Positions 23,566 to 33,751 of a stretch of 64,000 bases of DNA are shown piece after piece. The DNA comes from a virus (Duplodnaviria; Caudoviricetes): positions 32,001 to 96,000 of the IMG/VR virus record IMGVR_UViG_2832702071_000001, one strand, 5' to 3'. Each line of letters begins with the position of its first letter. The stretch's first letter is position 1. The notes beneath the pieces were generated by a model. That model did not search any database. It was not told the origin of the DNA and worked only from the letters and a program-made list of their open reading frames with translations. The translations under genes were made by a program, and so were the position numbers.

Positions 23566-26128
23566 TCATTCTATATTTTTCAAATTATCTTTATGAATAA
23601 ACCATCCATAATTAGGTACTAACAACGTACCATCTTCTAGCTCGCATTTGTGAGCATCTTCAAATTCAAAAGAAAAATTAACTGCTACCATCCCATCGTC
23701 TAATATATCTGAAACGACCTCCCCATGATCTCCTTTTTGTAGAAATGAACCATCTGGATTGTCAATCAAAACTTCCACTATACATCCCTTTTTAACTATT
23801 CTATTTGTCAATCTTATTCATCCCTTTCTCAATGAAAGTCACATTTTAATCAATTGCTACCTCTTTTGCTATACTGATAATCTCTTTCATTTCGTCTTTT
23901 GGAATCTCATTAAAGTAAACATCATGGAAATCCTCTTTGACAAACTCATTAATTTTATTTTTTAAACTTACAAATTCAAAATCTTTTTCAATAATTTCTC
24001 CTTTAAAAACCAGCTCAACAACATCACAACCTAACATGCTAATAAACCCCAGTGATTTCTTGACATCGCTGTTATAGTTCTTTAATCTATAGGCTACCGT
24101 TTTGTCTTCGCCTGTGAAAAATTTTACATAATACACGCCTATCTTCCTTTCTCAATGAAATCATTCTTTTATTCAATGAATTGCTAACCTATTATTTACA
24201 TGACCACATATTTTGCATTTTTTCTCATGTGTAAACCACCCATGATCTATTTTTACCAATTCATACTCGTGTTTGTGATCACTTTTCTTTGAAGATTTAC
24301 TCATTAATATTCACTCCTAGATAACTCTTTAAATATTTTATATCTTTTTCAACATTTTTAATTTGGTTATCAATAATTTTTTGTGCTAATTCAAAATCAA
24401 CTATCTTTTCATGAGCCATATCTGATACATTTCTAATTAGCTGCGCTTTGTCATTAATATTTCTTGAAAAATCTACTATAGAGTTAATTTGTAGTTTACT
24501 TGGTGACAATTTATTGTTAATCTTATCTCGTTCCTCAAATACATTATCAATCACTTTAGACCATTTCTCAATATGATTCCTATTACTCTTTGTCATCATC
24601 ATTACCTCCTAAAATATCCGAAAATAGATCTTCTAACTCAATTTTCCTATTATTAATATAAAATCCAGCCCTATCTGCTGTCGCTTTAGTTACCTTTAGT
24701 CCATTTTCTTCAGCTATTCTTCTTATTCTGTCTTCCGATAAATCCCAGCTCAAATTATCAACTCCTGTTATGATAAAATTCATGCTTTATTCCTTATCAT
24801 CCCAACTACAATTGTCTCCAATAAATTCCCATATCCAATCTTTAAAATCCTCTTCAATTTCATCGTCCGTTGTTTCTTCCTCGTATTCAAATTCTTCTGT
24901 AATTTCGTCTCCCCATCCTCTTTGAAACCTAAATATGACTGATCTCATATTAATTCCTCCTATAAAATTGATATTTTAACTCAATAGCTTCTTTCTGGAC
25001 AAATGTTTTTCCAATCCATTTCAATAATATTTCCTTTATCATCTGTCACCCATTCATCTGTATAGAAACACCTACTCATCACTCTCTTAATATCATCTAG
25101 CGTATCAAATTTAGTTGAATGTGGAATGCCTCTATCTTGCGACCATCCTGTAGGCTTCCAATGCAAATTGTAATGCTTACTCATCTAATTCCTCCCAATG
25201 ACCGTCAATATTTTCAGTAACCCAATCCTTATAATATTCTTCGACAACCTCTTCTTTCTCCATTTCATCTAATCCCTCAAGAAAATTGTCCGCGATCTCA
25301 ACTTCCTCCTCTACTTTTGACCCAACATAACGTGTACTTACTGTAAATAAGAATTTTGCCACTTACATTCCTTCCTTTCCAACAAATTTATTATTTTAAT
25401 CTATAGCTTAGCAGCTAACTCGTATACCAACTCTTTAATTTTAGCCGATTTGTTTTGCTCCTCATTGATCATATCAATAACTTTGCTCAATTCCTTTTCT
25501 AAGTCAGACCCACTCTCAGCATGTTCTCGTAAAATCATCATCATATTTTGCTGAATCCGTGAAAAATCAACTTTTTCAACATTATTAGTTTCCATTATTA
25601 AATTCTCCTTTTATAATTATTTTTTAAACTGCTAAATGGTTGATTGAGAATATTTTGTTGCCTTTGACATAATATTCAATTATATCTCCTGATGGTTTGT
25701 ATTCCGTTTCTTCGAGTTTATATCCTTTCTTCAACAATTCTTTTATCTTTTTGTTATATCTCAACCCATCTTCGTCTGTGTAGCCAACTATGAGATCTTC
25801 TCTAATGATATTTAAATGCATTTTAGTTCCTCTTCCAACTCATCTATCTCTTTTTGAACATTTTCTTTTGTCAATTTTATCACCCTCTTTTTTTATTTAA
25901 TCCCTTGAATATTTATTCTTCTTCATAATGTTCTTCTTCAAGCCTTTGATCCATTTGTTTTGTCATTTCCTTTGTAATCTTGTTATCTCTTTCCCACTCA
26001 ACCAATTCTAAATAAACATTTGCATTGTCAATTATCCCATCTTCATTTGCCATTCTCTCTAAAATATCACTATATTCCTTATATTGTTTTTCATTATACA
26101 ATTTCTTCATTTTAATCACTCCTAACAA
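23566..26128 (-). CDS. short hypothetical genes (23566-23811, 23846-24136, 24297-24602, 24583-24783, 24981-25184, 25177-25362, 25401-25595, 25624-25821, 25913-26128)
   Basis: ORFs with RBS; several bounded by palindromic sites. Confidence 0.6.
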
Positions 26129-26138
26129 ATTTATTATC

Positions 26139-26729
26139 TCACAACTTCTTTATTTCTTCCCACACTACCTTTATGGCATTTTGCTTGTCTTCGTCTGCTT
26201 CTGCTATCTCAAGCAACCAACCCTCTGACACAAGCCTGAGTAAGTCAATATCCTTGTTGTTACTAACACCTTTTTTTGTTCCAAGTAAATCATCTAATGA
26301 CACGTCAAAATAATCCGCCAAAATAACCAATGAATTCAGATTTGGTTCTCTACCACCAATTTCGTATTTTGAGTAACCCGACCTGCTTATGTTAATTATT
26401 TTTGATAAATCATCCATTGTTTTTTTCTTATTTTTTCTTAATAATCTTAACTTCTTCCCAAATTCTGTTTGAGCCCTTTCTGAAACTTCTTTTTCGTCTA
26501 CGTGATAAGAAAAATCATCGTCGGTCTTTGTCAGCCATCGACTATCTACGTCAAAAATTTCTGCCAATTTGTCTAGTTGCTCAGGAGTTGGTCTTGCATA
26601 GCCTGTTTCATAATTTGTTATAGTTGTTCTTGTTACTCCTGCCTTCATAGCTAATTGTGATTGAGTTAGCGCCTTTGTGTGACGTAAATATTTTATTTTT
26701 TTTGCCAATACTCTGTCTGTCATTATCAA
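26139..26729 (-). CDS. tandem XRE-family HTH transcriptional regulator
   Basis: Two HTH_3 domains (LTQSQLA..AGVTRTTITNYETG; TMDDLS..INISRSGYSKYEIG). Confidence 0.9.
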   Translation of the reverse strand: MIMTDRVLAKKIKYLRHTKALTQSQLAMKAGVTRTTITNYETGYARPTPEQLDKLAEIFDVDSRWLTKTDDDFSYHVDEKEVSERAQTEFGKKLRLLRKNKKKTMDDLSKIINISRSGYSKYEIGGREPNLNSLVILADYFDVSLDDLLGTKKGVSNNKDIDLLRLVSEGWLLEIAEADEDKQNAIKVVWEEIKKL

Positions 26730-26750
26730 ACAACTCCCGCTATAAAATGT

Positions 26751-27320
26751 TTATTTTAACCTATACTTTAAAACTCTACCCCGATGATTTTTCATCTCTA
26801 AATAAATTGAATCAAAGTCTAATATATTTTTAACCTCATCGACTTTAATTGTTCTTGTTAGATTTAATTCAAAAATTGTTTTTGGTGGGGTATTTATTAT
26901 GTTTATATCATCGATTCCATAGGAAATTTTCCCATTTCTTTCGGTAGATTTGTCATATAACTTATCTTTTAACAATAATTCTTTATTCTTATAGATGCAT
27001 AAAGATAAGTCACGAAAAACTTTAGGTACTTCGGAACTATTGTATACTTCTAATGTCGTTTGAATTTGAATCTCACTTGCTTTGTTCTTTTCCGCTGCTC
27101 CTAGCTTTTGGTATGATCCCCATCCTTCGTCAACATTATTTCGGAACTCTAAATCAAACAATCTAACATATATTCTCAAGCTACCAACATTCTTTAGCAA
27201 CTGAGATGATGTAAGTGTTACAACAACTCCTAACAATGTTCCTATGATGGATTGATACTCTAAAAAAACTTCCTTTAACTGATCCACACCCTTTATCCCC
27301 TTTGTAATAAGATAAAACAT
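26751..27320 (-). CDS. hypothetical membrane-anchored protein, first unit after the 27340 promoter
   Basis: N-terminal hydrophobic helix; bounded by sites 26742 and 27312 (true start probably ~27287). Confidence 0.6.
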   Translation of the reverse strand: MFYLITKGIKGVDQLKEVFLEYQSIIGTLLGVVVTLTSSQLLKNVGSLRIYVRLFDLEFRNNVDEGWGSYQKLGAAEKNKASEIQIQTTLEVYNSSEVPKVFRDLSLCIYKNKELLLKDKLYDKSTERNGKISYGIDDINIINTPPKTIFELNLTRTIKVDEVKNILDFDSIYLEMKNHRGRVLKYRLK

Positions 27321-27387
27321 ATATTTTATTGATTAATTCTATTTTAAATTATAATTATATAGAAGTCAATAAAAAAAGACATCTTTT

Positions 27388-28413
27388 TTATTTAGATGCC
27401 TTTTTCAGTAGATCTGTATATTCTGGGTATATTTTTAATAAATCCTTCTTGATACTTATTAATGACTGATACATACGGTCATCATCATTTGTATTTATAG
27501 AGAACCTTTTGAACAAACCATTTACAACGGCTTCTGAGTGTATGCTGATTTTATATCCTCTGTCTATTATCAACTTCAAAAAGTATGCTTTCCCAGATTT
27601 TTCAACATTTTTTAAACTTAAATTCAAACCTGTATATTTACTGAAAGCTTTGGCACGCATAGATAGCGTTGGACTACTTACACGAGTATTCCCGACATTT
27701 ACTCCGACAATGGTTGGTTTGAATATATAATCAGTACCAACAACGTCATAATATGTTCTAAAGTTTTTCGTTTTATTTCTATTTTCAACCGAATTTAAAT
27801 CCATATATCTATTATAAATGTTTGTATTCTTGACTTTATCAACAAGATACAAACAATAGTCATCAACAATAATATCATTGTAATAATTATTTATTTGGCT
27901 CATTCTTAAAATTTTGTTATCAAAATCAAAATGATCATGTTTAATTTCAGTCAACACACTTGTTTTATTGCTTGCTGCACCCAAAAAAGCCAAATATACC
28001 AACAGCATGTCTTGATAATTTAAAAGAGGCTGTATTTCAACCATGTCATGTGATTTACCAATTGCATTGTATACAGAGTTGAAGCTCAACAAATCTTTGT
28101 CCTTAATAGTAATACCTTCTAACTCATCCTCAGTAACGGTGGATGCTTCAATTATATTTAAACGCTTCTCTCCTTGTTGTAAACCCCATTCTTGATACAT
28201 TTTAAGCCAATCAAGATAGCTCTTAGCGCTCCCTTTGGTTATCTTCTTATCTTTTAACCAACTAATAATTTCTTCTTTGTTAAAGTCTAAAATATCCTTA
28301 TTTAGTTTCTGTTCATAAGAAAATGTATTTGCAAAAAACCATCTCCAATGATTTTCATTGTTTATAAATTTATTAATAAATTCATTTTTGTTTTTAGCCT
28401 GGTAAATCCCCAT
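27388..28413 (-). CDS. integrase-fold protein lacking catalytic residues; MrpR/YopR-like lysogeny repressor
   Basis: SAM-like N-domain (KDILDFNKEEII); box I reads GAASNK with no Arg and HxxR is replaced by KNVE; lies downstream of the arbitrium locus as in SPbeta; RBS favours ATG 28413. Confidence 0.65.
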   Translation of the reverse strand: MGIYQAKNKNEFINKFINNENHWRWFFANTFSYEQKLNKDILDFNKEEIISWLKDKKITKGSAKSYLDWLKMYQEWGLQQGEKRLNIIEASTVTEDELEGITIKDKDLLSFNSVYNAIGKSHDMVEIQPLLNYQDMLLVYLAFLGAASNKTSVLTEIKHDHFDFDNKILRMSQINNYYNDIIVDDYCLYLVDKVKNTNIYNRYMDLNSVENRNKTKNFRTYYDVVGTDYIFKPTIVGVNVGNTRVSSPTLSMRAKAFSKYTGLNLSLKNVEKSGKAYFLKLIIDRGYKISIHSEAVVNGLFKRFSINTNDDDRMYQSLISIKKDLLKIYPEYTDLLKKASK

Positions 28414-28562
28414 AATTTTCACCCTTTCATTTTTACTATGATACCACATTACACTTGTTTTTAAACAATTATGTTTGATTACCACAAAAATATTATATAA
28501 TTATAAAAAAATATTGTAAAGCCTGATTATGAACTTATTGGTTAATGTAACACAAATGTAAT

Positions 28563-28588
28563 AAAGCCCACTATCGCAAGTGGACTTT
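28563..28588 (-). terminator. hairpin/terminator after 28594-29007
   Basis: AAAG-CCCACT...AGTGG-ACTTT imperfect inverted repeat. Confidence 0.5.
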
Positions 28589-28593
28589 AGATG

Positions 28594-29007
28594 TTATATT
28601 AAAAAATAATCATTGTTTTTCGTTGGAGCATCCCATAATTGTAATATAGATAGTAATGATGACGATTTTCGATTTAAATACTTTTCAAATAGTTCCTCAT
28701 ATGTTATACTAAGGTCATTAAGTAATTGAATATGAATATGCTCGACTGGTTCTTGAAATAGCCCTTCAAGAGCCAGTTTTTCGTTTTCTCTACACTTATT
28801 ACTAAAGTCTTCTTTGTTTGTCATACTCTTCTCTCGTTTGTAACTTTGAAAATGCAGAATATCAAAAGGAAAATTACCAGTGTTGTGAAAATCATCATAT
28901 ACCATCAAATCTTTATCGTCAGAAATCAAAAAACAAAATAATTCAACGTGTTTCAACAGTTTCGCCCCATATTTTTTAGCCATATTGATTTTATATTGTT
29001 CTAACAT
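28594..29007 (-). CDS. hypothetical protein at the aimX position, SOS-box controlled
   Basis: GAGGAGGAG RBS; between aimP and the MrpR-like gene. Confidence 0.7.
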   Translation of the reverse strand: MLEQYKINMAKKYGAKLLKHVELFCFLISDDKDLMVYDDFHNTGNFPFDILHFQSYKREKSMTNKEDFSNKCRENEKLALEGLFQEPVEHIHIQLLNDLSITYEELFEKYLNRKSSSLLSILQLWDAPTKNNDYFLI

Positions 29008-29031
29008 ATATTTCTCCTCCTCGATGTTTTC

Positions 29032-29067
29032 ATTATACTATAACCCACAAATAAGAACAAGTGTTCC
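29032..29067 (-). promoter_or_regulatory. SigA promoter TTGTTC-N17-TATAAT with LexA (DinR) SOS box over the -35
   Basis: AGAAC-AAGT-GTTCC at 29054-29067 fits the Bacillus GAAC-N4-GTTC box; TATAAT at 29032-29037. Confidence 0.8.
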
Positions 29068-29129
29068 TATATACATTTATTATTCATTTTTTTATTTTTT
29101 ATAAAATTTTATAAATGTATTTTTTAGAT

Positions 29130-29164
29130 AACAAAAGCGCTACTATTAAAGTAACGCTTTTGTT
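29130..29164 (-). terminator. intrinsic terminator after aimP
   Basis: AACAAAAGCG...CGCTTTTGTT inverted repeat. Confidence 0.8.
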
Positions 29165-29170
29165 GTGTTT

Positions 29171-29359
29171 CTAGCCTGGAGTTGGATCGGGATCAACATT
29201 CATTAAAATTTCGTAGTCCGTGCTATCATCTACTGCCATTGAAAATGTTTCGTGGTGTTCCTGGTCATATGTTTGATAAGATAATTGCGTATCATCTTGA
29301 CTTGCAACACCAAAAGATAGACCAACTACAATCAATAGTGCTAAAATAACTCTTTTCAA
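29171..29359 (-). CDS. aimP: arbitrium pro-peptide (signal peptide; C-terminal DPDPTPG)
   Basis: TTG start after AAGGGGGTGA; KRVILALLIVVGLSFG signal peptide; Pro/Gly C-terminus; directly after aimR. Confidence 0.8.
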   Translation of the reverse strand: MKRVILALLIVVGLSFGVASQDDTQLSYQTYDQEHHETFSMAVDDSTDYEILMNVDPDPTPG

Positions 29360-29392
29360 CTTCTCACCCCCTTTCAAAGTTAAGATATGTGT

Positions 29393-30442
29393 TTAATTGG
29401 CTTTTTTAATTGCTTCAATCAACCGATTGGATGAGTAGTGTTCTATTAATTTTTGTTCAGGTATTTTCGCTAAAAAATAATCTCCATCATTAACAAATCT
29501 AGTAAAAGACTCTAATATTCTTTCTTTATCTCCTTTTATTATTCCGTTGATATAAACATCTAAGTAATCTTTCTCATCGCAAATAAATATTTGATTAATT
29601 TTATTTTTTTTAATCGCATTAATTTTGTCAAACCTTGATGCAATCCCTTTTACATTCTGTTCTCCTACAATTTTAAAATATTCAATAGCTTTATTTTTAT
29701 ATAAATTCATCTTTTCTAATGATTCATCCATATAAGAAAGCGCAATGCTATTGTAGGCAAAACCCAAAAAACTATTAGAGATATTTAAAGATATAATTTC
29801 ACTACATATTTCTCTAGATTTTTCAATGTCCATTTTGTATCTAAGTTCTACGTGAGATTTTATTTGTAAAAATCGAGCTTTATAGTATTGAAATAAATTT
29901 GATCCCTCTATTTCATTTATCTTCTTAGATAGTAAAAGACAAATGCTATCGGTAGCTCTAAAGTTTTTTTCAATATAGAAATAATACATTTCCATTATTT
30001 TCAAAAAAACTTTGAATTCGGATTTATTGATTTTTAGATCCTCAATTGCCAGATACATATCCAAAGCTGAAATAAATCCTTGTTTCCAGTCTAAAAATAC
30101 ACTATACACCTCAGTAGCTTCTTTGACATCTTGATTTTTAAAACTCTTTGACCTTTCAACAATTTCTCTAGCCGAATCAAATTGATGATTAATTGCCATA
30201 TACTCCAACGCTACTAAAATATGGCTTGGTTTAGTGATAGATTGGCAATATTCTCTTAACAATTCTATCTCTTTTTCTGGGTCTAAAAACTTGACTAGCG
30301 ACAAAACAATATCGAATCTAATAGATTCATTTGACGTTAAGAATTTATGGATAATCCCTTCAGAGCAATTAATTTGTTTACTTATATGGTTATAAGTGTA
30401 CCCCTTTACTTCCATTGTGTTTAACAGTTGTTGTCTAATCAT
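29393..30442 (-). CDS. aimR: AimR-like arbitrium receptor (N-terminal HTH plus TPR)
   Basis: HTH, then VALEY, A.EVYSV.L, C-terminal GDYFLAKIP typical of AimR; followed by a secreted peptide gene; RBS favours ATG 30442. Confidence 0.85.
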   Translation of the reverse strand: MIRQQLLNTMEVKGYTYNHISKQINCSEGIIHKFLTSNESIRFDIVLSLVKFLDPEKEIELLREYCQSITKPSHILVALEYMAINHQFDSAREIVERSKSFKNQDVKEATEVYSVFLDWKQGFISALDMYLAIEDLKINKSEFKVFLKIMEMYYFYIEKNFRATDSICLLLSKKINEIEGSNLFQYYKARFLQIKSHVELRYKMDIEKSREICSEIISLNISNSFLGFAYNSIALSYMDESLEKMNLYKNKAIEYFKIVGEQNVKGIASRFDKINAIKKNKINQIFICDEKDYLDVYINGIIKGDKERILESFTRFVNDGDYFLAKIPEQKLIEHYSSNRLIEAIKKAN

Positions 30443-30591
30443 GCCTAAGTCACCCTCGCTGATATTGGTATGAACCAATAATACCATTTTTGTTTCATAT
30501 TTGCAACGATTTTTTCCCAATATTTTCATTGTTTTTACTACTTATTTCATATATACTTTCCATATACATATAATAGAGGTGGTAAACGGAT

Positions 30592-30891
30592 ATGAATTTT
30601 ATTATCGCAGAAAACTTAAAATTAATACGCTCCACAAATGGCTACTCACTAAGTCTTGTTAGCGAAGGAACGGGTATCACAAAATCAACCTTATCTAGAA
30701 TAGAAAATGGTAAATCACCTATAACGGTTGACCACCTAGATAGTTTAACCTCATTTTACAACATTGATATTAAATTGCTATTCATTAAAATTAAAAATGA
30801 AAACAAACGTGAATACATAAATTTATTAGAAAAAATTAAACGAACACCGATTGAAAATGTAAGCATCGAAATGTTGAGAAAATTTGTTTAA
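30592..30891 (+). CDS. XRE-family HTH regulator divergent from aimR
   Basis: LKLIRS..GYSLS.VSE.TGITKSTLSRIENG; GAGGTG RBS. Confidence 0.85.
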   Translation: MNFIIAENLKLIRSTNGYSLSLVSEGTGITKSTLSRIENGKSPITVDHLDSLTSFYNIDIKLLFIKIKNENKREYINLLEKIKRTPIENVSIEMLRKFV

Positions 30892-30926
30892 CTTTAAATA
30901 TATTATAATACATTTTCTCAACATTT
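30869..30926. repeat. 15-bp inverted repeat AAATGTTGAGAAAAT with a 28-bp spacer between convergent genes
   Basis: Arms at 30869-30883 and 30912-30926. Confidence 0.7.
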
Positions 30927-30967
30927 GTACGACTAATCGTTCGACACTTATCGACTAAATGCGATTT

Positions 30968-31870
30968 TTATTCATTCTTGCCAACTAACAATTCTACGTG
31001 GTAAGCGTCATCGTCGTCAATTAATTGCGCTATCGCCCGTAGTTTATTGGCAAGTACCGAACCTGTATCTTCATTTTTTAACTCAAATAAAAAACTAAAG
31101 TCGTCATTTAATTCATGACTAAATTTATCGATATTATCCTGTTTGATTTCAGTGTTTTCTGGACTAGATATTTTATTTTCCTCGCCACTATCACCCTGAC
31201 TGTAACTACTACCAACACCTAGCATATCGTAGTCTGACTCTTCCTTATTTTCTTGATTATATATAAAAGCTTCATCTTCAATAGTTTCTTGTTCGTTTCT
31301 AGCAGCCTTTCTCCATTGGGATCTACTTGATTTCAGACTAGATGAAGATTTATATCCCCAATAATCCGCCAATTCTTCATAAGTAAACCCATCATCATTT
31401 AAATACTTATCAAGTAAATTATTTTTTTCTTTTGGACTTAGCTTATTAAATTCTTTTCTATTAATAATTTTATCAGCCACAACAGATGCACCCTTTTCTT
31501 CATTTATTAATTTATTTTTAATATTATAAAAAGATGTTTCACTAATACCCATAGATTCTGCGATATGTCTATTTGTATTATTTTTCATCCATCTTAATAA
31601 TAGTTCTTTTTGTCTTCCTCGATTTAAATTTTTAAAATCCCTGTAATTCATTATATCAATATATAAGTTAGACACTTTAGTCTTAGAATTTTTTTTATTA
31701 GGCTGACCTTTAAAATTCGACAATCCCCTCCAATAGCCACTTGATTTTGCTTTTTCACCTCTACTCACCTTATTGTGAGAACCCCTACCGATGCGCTTTT
31801 GAGTGCTTATCTCTTTGTTAAACATCCGAGTAATTTCTTCTGAACTTTCTAATTTAACCATAATTAGCAC
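30968..31870 (-). CDS. hypothetical protein with two HTH-like repeats
   Basis: IMNYRDFKNL...IAESMGIS and IINRKEFNKL...LADYWG repeats. Confidence 0.55.
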   Translation of the reverse strand: MLIMVKLESSEEITRMFNKEISTQKRIGRGSHNKVSRGEKAKSSGYWRGLSNFKGQPNKKNSKTKVSNLYIDIMNYRDFKNLNRGRQKELLLRWMKNNTNRHIAESMGISETSFYNIKNKLINEEKGASVVADKIINRKEFNKLSPKEKNNLLDKYLNDDGFTYEELADYWGYKSSSSLKSSRSQWRKAARNEQETIEDEAFIYNQENKEESDYDMLGVGSSYSQGDSGEENKISSPENTEIKQDNIDKFSHELNDDFSFLFELKNEDTGSVLANKLRAIAQLIDDDDAYHVELLVGKNE

Positions 31871-31909
31871 CTCCCATCTTAACCCTATTATACCTTAATT
31901 TTTAACTTT

Positions 31910-33751
31910 TTAAAACTGTTTAATTAGTTTTCCGGTAAAAAATTCTTCAGTCTTCCCATCCATGATTAAACTTGAATCATTTAATTTATCTTCTAACATT
32001 TCTAACAACATTTGATCGATCTCTGCCTCTTCTACATATAAATAATGTATGTTTACAGGTCTTGTTTGACTGATTCTGTGAATTCGTTTTTCCATCTGGT
32101 TAACCATCGTTACTGGAGACCAATGGAAGTCAATTACAACCATGTGTGCTGCTTTAGTTAAAGTTATACCCTCACCTGCTGCATCAATATTACCAACAAA
32201 AACTTTCTTCTCACCATTTTGAAACATATCTACTGCATTTTGTCTGTCTTTAGCTTCGACATCACCTGTAATTTTTACTACATTATTGTTAAATTTACTT
32301 TCTATATAGTCTGCAACATCTGTATAATTAGTAAACACAACCACTGATTCATCCTGCTCCAACAAATCTTTAATTAAATTAACAGACTCTTTTGCTTTCG
32401 CCAAAGCTAGCTCCATTCTTGCTATATTTAATCTAACAAGATGTTGACCATTTTTATTAAATTTTATTCTATTGTTAAGATAGTCTTTAATCGCCTTATT
32501 ATATTTTGACATATTTATTTTAACAGGTATAAAGTTTCTAATTCGATCTGGCAGATCTACATAGTCTTCGGTTTTTAATCGAACCATATAATTAGGATAC
32601 AATCTTTCATTCAATTTCTCTTTATTGCTTGAACCTAGATAAGTTACCCCAAAACCACTACTCCTATCGGGCTGGCAATATGTGTTAGCAAACCTAAACC
32701 AGTTATCTGATGATGGGTGATCTATGAGTCTTAAGAGGTTGAATATATCCTTAGTATAATTGATAAATGGAGTTGCCGTAATAGGGAACACATACTCTAT
32801 ATTACTTGCTATTTGCAGACTAAGCTTTGCTCGTTTACTAGATGGATTACCTCTACCATTAATGCCTCTAAGCTTGTGCGCTTCATCAAAAACAACGATA
32901 TTAAAATCTTCATTTAATATATTCTCCATAAACCGATCAATAATATCATAGTTGATAATTACATATTGGCTCATTTTCCATTCATCTTTACTATTTAGAA
33001 CATTGACTTCAGCATGTTTATTAATTTTGTAGATCTCTTTCTTCCAATTCTCTTTAATAGTAGCTGGACAAATAATTAAAGTCGGTTTATTAATATACTC
33101 ACAAGCCATTACTGTTATAGCTGTTTTCCCCAATCCAGCCTCTAAAGCATCAATTACTTTCTTACCACCCACTAATTTGTTTACAGTATCTATTTGAAAA
33201 TTATATGGATCAATTGTACTACTAGGAAAATCTTCTGGTGATATTTTACCATCGCTGTTATAGTGATTTGAAGTAAATTTTTCTAATTCGCTAATATCCA
33301 CATAATTAAGTTTTTTTAGTTTTTCATACAACCAATCTATATCAGACTTTTGAACTCTCCATGATTTGTTTTTGGAATTATACTGTCTGTTCTCTAGATT
33401 TTTAATCTGATTTAATATATTCTTATCATAATCAAAGTTGATAGTTATTGATTTTGAATTTTCTTTAACATTCAATTTAACTGTTTTAATTACTTCTCTC
33501 TTATCTTCTGCATTATATGTTTGTTGGTCATCTATGTTATCAACAACACCGTTCAATCTTTTAACAATGTCATTGTTATTTTCTTTAATTTGTTCTAAAA
33601 AGTGTAAAATATACGTTTTGTCAAAAACCCAAACATTATTATTTTCATCATAACTAGAATCTGGTATTTTTTTAATTTCATTGTATAATTCATAATCATA
33701 CTCGTTTCCCATACTTATGTTTTTTTTATCTACACTAACAAACATCCCCAA
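31910..33751 (-). CDS. SNF2-family helicase with N-terminal HARP-like domains
   Basis: AGLGKT, DEAH, TATP, GEGITLT and KRIHRISQ motifs; two N-terminal Y....K/N.W repeats. Confidence 0.88.
   Translation of the reverse strand: MGMFVSVDKKNISMGNEYDYELYNEIKKIPDSSYDENNNVWVFDKTYILHFLEQIKENNNDIVKRLNGVVDNIDDQQTYNAEDKREVIKTVKLNVKENSKSITINFDYDKNILNQIKNLENRQYNSKNKSWRVQKSDIDWLYEKLKKLNYVDISELEKFTSNHYNSDGKISPEDFPSSTIDPYNFQIDTVNKLVGGKKVIDALEAGLGKTAITVMACEYINKPTLIICPATIKENWKKEIYKINKHAEVNVLNSKDEWKMSQYVIINYDIIDRFMENILNEDFNIVVFDEAHKLRGINGRGNPSSKRAKLSLQIASNIEYVFPITATPFINYTKDIFNLLRLIDHPSSDNWFRFANTYCQPDRSSGFGVTYLGSSNKEKLNERLYPNYMVRLKTEDYVDLPDRIRNFIPVKINMSKYNKAIKDYLNNRIKFNKNGQHLVRLNIARMELALAKAKESVNLIKDLLEQDESVVVFTNYTDVADYIESKFNNNVVKITGDVEAKDRQNAVDMFQNGEKKVFVGNIDAAGEGITLTKAAHMVVIDFHWSPVTMVNQMEKRIHRISQTRPVNIHYLYVEEAEIDQMLLEMLEDKLNDSSLIMDGKTEEFFTGKLIKQF

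Noticed and set aside
27388-28485. Active phage integrase marking an att site
   Set aside because: Catalytic Arg and HxxR are missing and phage genes continue on both sides
29393-30529. Longest-ORF starts for aimR, aimP, yopX and 3114-3428
   Set aside because: RBS positions favour downstream starts (30442, 29359, 551, ~3380)
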